Source: Schizochytrium sp. TIO01 (lineage: Eukaryota > Protista > Bigyra: Labyrinthulomycetes). From it: a DNA stretch of 64,000 nucleotides. Positions 48,338 through 57,645 of this stretch are shown here, one piece after another (position 1 is the stretch's first letter; each line of letters starts with the position of its first letter). The notes beneath the pieces were generated by a model that was not told the DNA's origin, searched no databases, and worked only from the letters and a program-made list of their open reading frames with translations. Position numbers and translations under genes: made by a program. Where the stretch lies: positions 4,526,001-4,590,000 of the forward strand of contig SMSO01000034.1 of NCBI GenBank assembly GCA_004764695.1, given 5' to 3'.

Positions 48338-49023
48338 TTATAAACACAGAGGCGGGTAATGGTAGGTATCGCTACCAACAGAGTTGTTAAAGACGAGATC
48401 ACTCCAAGAAATGTTACGTAAGATAGACTGAGCACATAAGGAAAGAAGAAATCTGGTTAAGCGAGGACTATCACATACTTGTGATCCCCAACGCACTGTG
48501 TACAGTCCAGTATGATGCCTAGGTGGTTCAATGCAAGCAATCAGATTTGTGTTGGACTCAGAGCGAAGAAAAGCTAGCACATCAACAATACTGCGAACAG
48601 GGCGCCCCCACGTACGCACAACGATGTCCTCGGCCGCGGCCTTGTTCATTCGGTGCTTTGATTGCACAGACTGAACTCGAAGATCAATTCGGCTACTCCA
48701 CTGCGTATCGATAGTATAGAAGCCAGATAGGTCTCTCGCAATTTGGGCATCCTCTCTAGTACGAGTATCCACGGTCCAGAGAGCATATTGCATCTCGAGA
48801 AAACACAGCACTTGAGCTCGAATAGATGCGGCTCTTTTTTTATAGCGTTATAAGGTAAAATAGTTGTTTCGAGCTCCTCTTCAAGCTGAGCTTGGGCTAC
48901 AAGTCGGAAAGCCAAGGGTTCTTGCCACACCCTGAAGTCGTATTTTTCCTTTTCTACATCTCCGACAAGTTCCCAGGTTTCATCATCTTGTGCTTCTGCC
49001 GCACCTATAGTCTCGTCGCTCAT
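48338..49023 (-). CDS. Hypothetical protein, probably one gene split by a frameshift at an A7 run (48835-48841)
   Basis: ATG ORF 49023-48646 overlaps ORF 48811-48338. Adding one A at the run gives a continuous ~228-aa product ('...YNAIKKRAASIRAQVLCFLEMQY...'). No recognisable domain. Confidence 0.45.
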
Positions 49024-50393
49024 AGTCTTCGCAACGAGTGGATCTGACTTAAGTCGGCGTTCTGGACGTCTTCAGGCTAATTCTAATACAGGTCAACTTC
49101 AGTTCTCCTTTCTTTGTGAAGATGCAAATATCGAAGAATCAATCAACAAAAATGAATGTTCTGATTTTCTCCAGAACAAAAATTGATCTACCAATCAATC
49201 CAAATCAAAGCTCACCCCTTTCCCGACCTCGCAGTAGTTTTTTTTTTTTAAACCTTGGTGTCCACTTTTGCAAGTTGCTTTTGCGCTGTTGCTTCTATCT
49301 TCGAGTTCCACAAGCCTCAGTAGCTAGCTACCTCCTTACCAACCTTCGTCACTGCTATTCCCGCTACCCGAGGCCTGAACGACCGACTTGTTGCCGTCAA
49401 GATCGATCTCCGTCGTCCAGGCCACGCAAGAATGAGGACCACGCCCGCCCAGGTCCATTCCCAATCCTGCAATTGATGTTCTACTTCTGCTGCTTCTCCA
49501 TTCTCGCACATTCTTCATGCTATCACTAAATCTACTCCATCATCGCCTAATCTATTACAGAGATTTATTACGATAGGTCCTTAATATCATCAATTCTCCA
49601 CTCTTTCACCGCCAACACGTATGACCCTACCAAGGCCTATCCAACTCTTAACCCTCGAAACACAGGAGCAGACCAAGAGTTTTCTGCGCAACCCATTTTG
49701 CGGCTCATCTCACCATGGTTCCTTCACGTTCCTCGTTACGGCATAAGGAGGCACTGCAGGCCTCCAGTGTGCGTGTGAGGGGCGGAGACTTTCGGTGGCA
49801 AGTTCTTGAGAGGGGCCGCACTGAAGACCTTGAGAGAATGAAAGTTACAGTGGAATAGGAGAGGGAAAAGAAACCGCGGGAGAGGTTCAAAAGATGGGTT
49901 GCGCGGTCCACGAAGTCGGCGAAGGCAGGCGAAGAAGAACACGAGAAGAAGAAGGAGAATAAGGAGAAGGACAGAGACTCGGCGACGGCAGACCCGAGAC
50001 AGCCCCGCCCGCGACCGGCCACCCTTCCTGCCGCGGCGCCACTCCCCTCTGCGTCCCGCAGCCCGTCTCCCCCGCCGCTTCCCCCCGCCGCTCGGCCCGC
50101 CGCCCACCTCGCCTCGGCCAGCCTCGCCTCGTCGGATTGGCACGCGACGATACATACATATATACCTTCATTGCCTTATATTAGTTAGGAGCGCAGAAAG
50201 AAGCGAGGTCTCAGACAGGTCAGCTTGACAGCAGGCAGGCGTATCTCTGTGCCGCGACCTCCTGCGGAGAAGCCCGGGTGCCTGGCCCGGCCAGCCCGAC
50301 GTGGCCTGCGTTGCTTCCGCGGTTCCTCTGCATTCATTCTTTCATTCATTCTTTCATTCATTCCCTGCGAACCCGTGCTCTCAGGTTTGGCTC

Positions 50394-50469
50394 CATTCTC
50401 TACAGTAGAGCGCCGCATTCTCCATAGTAGAGCGCCGCATTCTCTACAGTAGAGCGCCGCATTCTCTAC
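50394..50469. repeat. 22-bp tandem repeat x3.5 (CATTCTCTACAGTAGAGCGCCG) with internal palindrome
   Basis: Direct reading; CTCTAC-A-GTAGAG dyad is perfect in units 1 and 3. Confidence 0.9.
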
Positions 50470-50873
50470 TGTGTGGGCGCCTATAGTGCACTTGGGTTGC
50501 TTGCGTTCTTTTTGGGGCGCTGTTCCTGGAGCACGGAGAGAAAGAACGGAACGGCGAAGAGGGAAGAAGGAGAAGGAAGAAGAGCGAAGAAGAAGGAACA
50601 GAGAGAACAGCGGCGGAATACGGTGGTTACTGAGGAGCCAATTCGTTGGAATTCTTCAGGCGAATTGCAGCACGCGATAGCAGAGCCCACTGCAGGCGTA
50701 CCTACGTACAGACAGTGAGACAGACAGACAGACAGACAGACCCCTATTGCGAGTGTTGACAGGCTCGACGGAGAGCAGGTGGAGAGCGACGCGGAGACGG
50801 CGAGAAAGCGGAGCTGCGGTGAGAGAAGCTCGGCGACTCGCTGAGGGCATTGAGTGATCGATTGATCGATCGG

Positions 50874-50908
<35 letters not shown>

Positions 50909-51133
50909 GTTTACTAAGTTGTTAGTGCCGGTTAGTTGGCGGAGAGCGGCTCGAGAGCGAGACTCTTCGAGAATTGGCAGACAGATAGACGTAGAAGGAA
51001 CTGAGGTAGCGAAGCAGCAGCAGTTTCGCAACCGAAGAGCAGACTAGACTTGGACTTGAGCTTGAGTTTCGTTGTGTTTGTGTTTGTGTTCTTTTAGACA
51101 GACGAGGAGGAGTCTTGTGTACAAGCAGACAAG

Positions 51134-51742
51134 ATGCTTCAGTCAAACAAGCGTAATGCAGTGGACTTTGAGTCCCCCGATGCAGCATGCAAGCGACGTC
51201 GCATGTATGGAGCTCACAATAATGCGCCTGTGCCAGGCCCCTTCTTTGGCAACAACAACGGCAACAACTTGACGCCCTTTCAAAACAACAACAGCAACAA
51301 TGCACAGCAGAACGTGCAGAATAACTACACAGCGGGTATGAACAAGCGGAGGAGACAAACCGATGACGATGGTGCGATGAATGAAGTCGCTGCGCTCCGG
51401 GCCCAGCTCGAGCAGATGCATCACCAATTGCAGGAACGTGAGCTTGTGAACATGAACCTTAAGCAGGCTTGCGAGAATCAGCAAAGTGAGCTTGTCAAGA
51501 TGCACAATGAGAACAAGCTTCTTAAGCGATCGGTTGTTGCTTTCAACGACAAACGCGAGAAAGCTGAACACGTCGCAGCGCAAACACGTGAACGTCTGGC
51601 CGTCACCGAGCGCCGTGTCCGCGAGCTTGAAGAGACAAATTTACGCCTTCTCTACCATGCTCAGCAACAATCTCTCCAAACCTGCCGCAACGATAATTTC
51701 CACGACCATAATCCGTTCTCTGGTGGCGGCCCTGTATGTTGA
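51134..51742 (+). CDS. Coiled-coil hypothetical protein, 202 aa
   Basis: ATG ORF with NLS-like KRRR, N/Q-rich region and heptad coiled coil. 'ENKLLKRSV...VRELEETNLRLLYH' resembles the C-terminus of plant CUE-domain family proteins (from memory). Confidence 0.7.
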   Translation: MLQSNKRNAVDFESPDAACKRRRMYGAHNNAPVPGPFFGNNNGNNLTPFQNNNSNNAQQNVQNNYTAGMNKRRRQTDDDGAMNEVAALRAQLEQMHHQLQERELVNMNLKQACENQQSELVKMHNENKLLKRSVVAFNDKREKAEHVAAQTRERLAVTERRVRELEETNLRLLYHAQQQSLQTCRNDNFHDHNPFSGGGPVC

Positions 51743-52475
51743 TTTTACCACACCCCTTTTTATCTCTTGGCCTCGCCTGCTGCTTTCCTTTCCTGGTTTG
51801 GCCTGAATTACTTCACATAATGATGATAAAACTTTTACTCTGATATTTTCACACCGTTTCCTATCTTACTCCATTGTATTTACGCGATCAATTACACGTA
51901 CACTCCAAAACAGTGAGATAAATAATTCGTTGGCTGTAGTGTAAGAATTGCATTCGCTATACTCTTGACTGTTTGCATTTGCAGCGCTCTGCTTGCATGC
52001 GCTTTCTTCTCTTGCGTCTTCTTTTGGATCTTCAAGTTTTGATAGATCATGCTTGCAAATTTTTGCTAGTAGATGTTGCTGTTTTGCAAATGATACAAGA
52101 AAACATTGTTTGATTGAGTGATCTCTTTAAGGTCTTATAAATATAAAGATGGCCAATAGGGGTGAAATGAAGTTACCTCTTTGTTGAGCTGTAAACACTT
52201 TTTTTTTTATAAAGCTAACGCCGACTATTCTTTGCCCAATATCCACATGAAAGATGACCCTATAACCATCCAGCTTTCAGTTTAGAGATTGGTTAATTAG
52301 TACATTTCCCCTTGAACTCTCTAATTTCACGTTAACCTCTTGAAAATTAGGTCAAGCATGAAGTCACTACTAAGCTTATTTGACCGAACTTGTGCGGGCA
52401 ATTCATCACGAATGGTGAAGCATATTCCACCAGCACAAGATCATGTTGAAAGAAGGAAAAGCGAGAGAGAGAGAG

Positions 52476-52500
52476 AAAAAAAAAAAAAAAAAAAAAAAAA
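52476..52500. repeat. Poly-A tract (A25) preceded by (GA)n
   Basis: Direct reading. Confidence 0.9.
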
Positions 52501-52739
52501 GTCCGCTGATGGTCACATCCTACCAACTTTTATTATGAATTGATGATCGACTCCTCGTTTTCCTTGGCATGACGCTTCTAGCAAAGAGGATTCTGCAACT
52601 TGTGAATCCTCGTATAGGAAAGTAAGACAGACCCACGAAGGTTGCTCAAGGCCTTCGGTAAAGCAAGCCTTCGTTGGCTAGACGTGGGTACTTCTTGCAT
52701 AGTAAGCGTCGGCATTCAAGAGTCACACAAACCTTCAAG

Positions 52740-54141
52740 ATGGAGGGTAGACGTTATCCGCCAATTCGCGAGTGGCTTCCACAATACAAGTGGTCAGAGG
52801 ACACTCCGTATGATGTGGCCGCAGGTCTCACCGTTGGTGTGATGGCCATCCCGCAGTCTTTATCGTATGCACTGATTGCCGGCCTCCCGCCAGCCTATGG
52901 ATTGTACTCAGACCTGCAAATTTGCTACCCAATATTTGGATCCTCAAAATACCTTGTCGTAGGACCAGTTGCTGTGATGAGTCTGATGTCGAGATTTGCC
53001 ATGGAGAAATTGCATTATCACGAAGGGTCGAAAGAGTGGATCGACATGGTTTGCTTTTTGTCTGTGCTTGTAGCTGCAATTCAATTTGCTATCGGCGCTG
53101 GGGGGTTTGGATCGCGCATTAGCTCACTCTTACCAGCACCAGCTATTGCAGGATTTTCTTCAGCAGCAGCACTCATCATTGGCAGTACTCAGCTCTCTGC
53201 TCTTTTTGGACTATCGAAATGTCAGACAAGCGATGGCCAATCGTGTGATTTTATTCGCAGCATCTTTCACACTGTGACAAATCTACCAGAGATGGACATG
53301 GCAACTTTTATTTGCGGCGTTCTTAGCTTTGCAACCTTGATGGCGTTCAGAGCCTTAGAACCTTCTCGTGAAGCCAAAGCTACTGCTATCTCTTTGGGAC
53401 AGCGTCCCTCTATGGCTCGTTCTCTACTTCCTAAGCTTGGTGCCCTCTCCGTTGTCCTTTTTAGCACAAGTATTCTATACTTGTTCAGTGATGACAGCAG
53501 CTCGTCCATTTCGCAAATCAAACAAGTTGGATACATCCCTAGTGGGCTCCCATCCCCCCGTTGGTTTCCGGCTTTCCCTGCTAGTTTGGACATCTTTGTG
53601 AGTCTTCTGTGGTCTTCTATACCGATTGCTCTTGTTGGGTTTGCCGAGGCTTCCGCAATAGCTAAATCATCCACCAAGCTTCGCAATGAAAATGTAGATG
53701 CCATTTCCGATGACTATGAAGTTCTTGCGCTAGCATTCTGCAATGCATTCACTGCATGGGTAGGCGGATACCCTGTAACGGGATCTTTCTCGCGAACAGC
53801 TATCAATGCTGAGAGTGGGGCTCGCTCAGCGCTAAGTACAGCTATTGCTGCAGTGGCAGTTGTTTTTGTTCTCTTGTTTTGCACTGGTTTCTTGGCCAAG
53901 CTACCTAAAGCTGGCAGTATCGGCAATTGTTCTATCTGCTGTTGTCAAACTTATCGACTACAAAGAGTTCCTTGAGCTCTTGCACGCTTACCAAACTAAC
54001 CGCCGTGATCGCCGTGTGTGGGTGTTCTCTGTGGTCTTTGTGACCGCTCTCGTTCTTGGTGTAGAAAAGGGTTTGCTTGCAGGTGTGGCAGTACATTTTC
54101 TGCTCTTGAGGGTTCAACAGGGTGAGCGTGCTATTGTATAA
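52740..54141 (+). CDS. SulP/SLC26 anion (sulfate) transporter, no STAS domain, apparent +1 frameshift at ~53907-53909
   Basis: 'WLPQY...DVAAGLTVGVMAIPQSLSYALIAGLPPAYGLY', 'YPIFGSS..LVVGP', 'GGYPVTGSFSRTAINAESGARS'. Continuation 'LPK-LAVSAIVLSAVVKLID...GVEKGLLAGV' lies in the +1 frame. Confidence 0.88.
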
Positions 54142-54569
54142 TTGGACTTCCCTCTTAAGCAACATAAATCATAGTTAATTTCCGTAGCCTTTCAGAGCAC
54201 TCTTGTGGTGATTAAATATTAAATTAAGACTTTCATCGAGACGACCCCCCCCCCCTCAAATACTCCACGCGTCGCAATGCAATGCAGTAGGTTATGAATC
54301 TAGATCATCCTCGACTTCAGTTTTATTTTTAAAATAGAATCTATTGATAGTTGTAACATTTATTATTTTGTTTTTAGTTTTTTGCTTTCCTTTTTTTTAA
54401 AAGAGGATTCTTATTTGGGATGATGAAGCAGCCCATCAAAAAAACCCTATGAGTGGAGTTCCTAGAACTATAACCTGAAGATGGCGTACTAATTGGAGTA
54501 GCCAATCAAAAAAGTAAGGTTTTGATGAGATCAATTCAGTAATTAAGAAACAAAGGTGATATAATCCAT

Positions 54570-55322
54570 TTAGTCTGCCTTGAGCTGGAAGATCTCATGT
54601 TCTGTACCATCCTTAGTGATGGCGTAAATGTCCACAGCATCACCACAAAGAATATCACGCTCTCCGACAGTGATGAAGATATCCTTGATCATCTCAATGG
54701 CCTCATCGATAGAATACTCTGGTTTCTCCTCGAGTCCAGAGCTGACACCAATCTTACCAAGAGCATTGTCCAAAATGGGCATAGCAATGGCGGCGGCGCT
54801 GCCGTTTGCGGTATAGCCGTCGCGAGAACGAAGGTAGGATCCAACGGCATCGTAGCCGGCAACGTAGCCGACACCCTCATCATCGAGGCCCGCGACAACG
54901 GCAAGTGCATAGTAAGGGAAGAAGCGCTTGTAGTAAAGAGTATTGGACAAGAGCTGCGCAGCTCCAATTGTGGAGAGGTCCTCCTCGTGGTTGTACTTGT
55001 ACATGACGGCGCGGAGCTTGAGGTGGTTGTACAAAGCATCAACGTCGTTGTGACTGCCACCGCAGGCAATGACGGTCTTGCTTGTGAGTTGCAGAGCACG
55101 GTTGATGTTGCGGCTCTTGATATTGTAGCCCTCGGCAAGACGTTTGTCCGTGGCAATAAGGCAATAATCCTTACCAGCAACAGCGATCACAGTACCACCA
55201 TTCCAAGAGTACGGCGAGAACCGGTGCTCAAGGGGCACGGAAGCGGCAGCATCTACGCCGGCACTGACCTGCAAACGCGGGTCCAGTACGCGGGAGCCCT
55301 CAGAAGAAGCAATCGAAGCCAT
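54570..55322 (-). CDS. PSMB1: 20S proteasome subunit beta type-1 (beta6/Pre7)
   Basis: 'RFSPYSWNGGTVIAVAGKDYC', 'LSNTLYYKRFFPYY', 'YDAVGSY', 'ERDILCGD'. No catalytic N-terminal Thr, as expected for beta6. Confidence 0.93.
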   Translation of the reverse strand: MASIASSEGSRVLDPRLQVSAGVDAAASVPLEHRFSPYSWNGGTVIAVAGKDYCLIATDKRLAEGYNIKSRNINRALQLTSKTVIACGGSHNDVDALYNHLKLRAVMYKYNHEEDLSTIGAAQLLSNTLYYKRFFPYYALAVVAGLDDEGVGYVAGYDAVGSYLRSRDGYTANGSAAAIAMPILDNALGKIGVSSGLEEKPEYSIDEAIEMIKDIFITVGERDILCGDAVDIYAITKDGTEHEIFQLKAD

Positions 55323-55757
55323 TTTCACTTAAATTGAAGAAAGTTTGAGAGTGAGGATCAAGGTTTATCTCTGTTTCAAGTCTAAAATCTTCGCAGCTGA
55401 AGATCTTAAGATATGCGGAGACTACGATATCAAAACTCAGCGACAACCGCCAGCGATGGCGACGGCAAAGAAGCGATGCGGAGAGGAGGACTGTGTGTAG
55501 AAACCACGTAAAGCAGTAAGGAAGCCGTGAAAGGCTTTGTCCAAGCACAGCGAGCGCCGCGTCCGATTTCGCGACGTGCGCAGGGAGCGTTGGGAGTCTG
55601 CGCGAAGGCAGAGAAAAAGAAAGAAGCAGCTTCGCTCTCCTTCGCTGCGTATCCGAGGATATCCTTCACAACCCATTTTCTGCGCAACGCATATTAACCG
55701 CAACCCTTTTTTCCCTTTTTTTAATTTTATTTATTTTATTTATATACATTGGATATA

Positions 55758-55802
<45 letters not shown>

Positions 55803-55803
55803 C
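55758..55803. repeat. (CTAT)~11 microsatellite
   Basis: Direct reading. Confidence 0.9.
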
Positions 55804-56342
55804 TTACTACTGTACTTTGTGTATGTACTTGGATGAAATAGAAATGAACTTGAAAGCATCGTTGTCATACTGGATTGTAGTTAACTGTGATCACCCCTAT
55901 CGCTGTTCTCTAACATTATTGGACAGCTTTCGTTATGTCCAAGAACATAATCTTCAATACTTGTTTCTGATCACTAGACGCAGTTTTGACTATTATCTCT
56001 GTAAAAACTTGCGCTGCATTTTATTTCGCACTGACGTTTTCTTCAGACTTGCGGTGGTCCTGCATGTGCACGACCCTCGCAGGTGAATGGTCAACATCAT
56101 AATCTTCAAGAACAGGGCTCTCTCTACCCACACACTCTCAATCTTGACATAAGCATTCTCGAGTGTAATGCCGGAAAATGTTAATCGAAAATCTAGACAA
56201 GGTGGTGCATAGGTAGGTAAGGCTTCCTACACGGGTCACAAGAACTGCGAATGCAAAACTGCAGTGTCTCAGCAGATCCTTATCAAAGAGCATAGACTAA
56301 CGCGCGCGAGGTCAAGAGCAAAGATACCCAAGGCAAACCAAG

Positions 56343-56879
56343 ATGCAACACTCTAGTAGCGCTGCGCGGAGGCTTGAGAAGATTAGTGTACACCTGCGTG
56401 GTTCGCAGTCTGGCGCAATTGCAGGCGTGCATGCCGAAGAAACTGGCGCAGAGCAAAAGTTGCAGCCTTTTCACCTCGCATTTCCTGTGCATGATCTTGC
56501 AGTAGCAAGAAAGTTTTATGGTGAGGTGATTGGATGCGACGAAGGGCGGTCTTCCGAAACTTGGTGCGACTTTGATTTTCAAGGACACCAGATTGTTTGC
56601 CACTTTGTCAGCAAAGACTTCCGCGCTGTAGATTACCACAATCCTGTCGATGCCCACGATGTGCCTGTTCCGCACTTTGGAATTGCACTCACTGTGCCTG
56701 CCTTCAAGGAACTTGCAGAGCGTTTGAAGAAGAATAACATGAAGTTTATCATTGAGCCGTACCTTCGATTCAAAGGACTGCCGGGTGAACAGTACACGAT
56801 GTTCTTCAAGGATCCGTCCGGCAACAATCTAGAGTTCAAGGCTATGACTAACCCGGAAAACCTTTTTGCAAAGCAGTAA
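56343..56879 (+). CDS. VOC/glyoxalase-bleomycin resistance-dioxygenase superfamily protein with N-terminal PTS2
   Basis: 'PFHLAFPVHDL..ARKFYG..IGC.EGRSS..W.DFDF.GHQIV.H', 'VPVPHFG', 'GEQYTMFFKDPSGNNLEFKA'. N-terminal RLEKISVHL. Confidence 0.88.
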   Translation: MQHSSSAARRLEKISVHLRGSQSGAIAGVHAEETGAEQKLQPFHLAFPVHDLAVARKFYGEVIGCDEGRSSETWCDFDFQGHQIVCHFVSKDFRAVDYHNPVDAHDVPVPHFGIALTVPAFKELAERLKKNNMKFIIEPYLRFKGLPGEQYTMFFKDPSGNNLEFKAMTNPENLFAKQ

Positions 56880-57645
56880 GTACTTAGCCTTCCATATCAT
56901 TTGCGTGTATTTTTGATTCAATCAGCAATGTGAAAGTGAGACTCAGCGACAATAGATAATATGTGTGTTTATATCCTTTTATCACTGCCATACTCGGCTC
57001 CTCCACACTACAAGCAAGAACCCGCCACTTCGAGAAATGAAGGTCAAAACTAATTCCGCTATATACAAATCCTTAAGAAAGTGTCAAGTTTTACTCTCGT
57101 AAAGTTGCTATTTAAATTATAGGGTGAAAGATAATGCAGGGCAAAAATAACCCTTCTGTGTACAGAAAGAGACCCATTCTGTTTTCCTAAAGTTGCCCCT
57201 TATAATCCAGAATCAAAGAATGTATCGTGTGATATCCGTGTCTCGGTTCACAAAGTTGTTAAGATAGAAATGGCTGTTAAAAAATGCAATTTATATCAAT
57301 TTCGCGGGATGCTTCATTTGATACCCATAGAAGGCTGACAAATAGAAGGAAAGGAAAAATTAGATTGTGATGTTTTATTATTCATACGCAGATCGATTAA
57401 ACTTTGTCTCCCTTCCCCTCAATGAATGTAAAAGAGTTAAGATATGTTCTAAGTGAGTTACCAAAATTATGTTGTATGTATATATCAATTTAATCTTGCA
57501 GGATTGACTTGGGTTTTTCAAAGAGTGACAGGGTCCTCTATGTGAACAGGGTGATAATATAACTACAAAAAGGCAGGAGCGCTAAGAAAGCACAGCGGGA
57601 GAGAGAGAAGTAGAGACTAAATATGAACGAATCTTCCACAGATTC

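Noticed and set aside
49705-50452. Arg/Pro/Gly-rich ORFs in the GC-rich island
   Set aside because: Low-complexity translations of a GC-rich promoter-like region, open in several frames with no coherent product.
8988-56879. A sulfur or metabolic gene cluster (cysteine synthase, SulP, GaaA, VOC)
   Set aside because: The genes are up to ~40 kb apart and interspersed with unrelated housekeeping genes; nothing indicates co-regulation.
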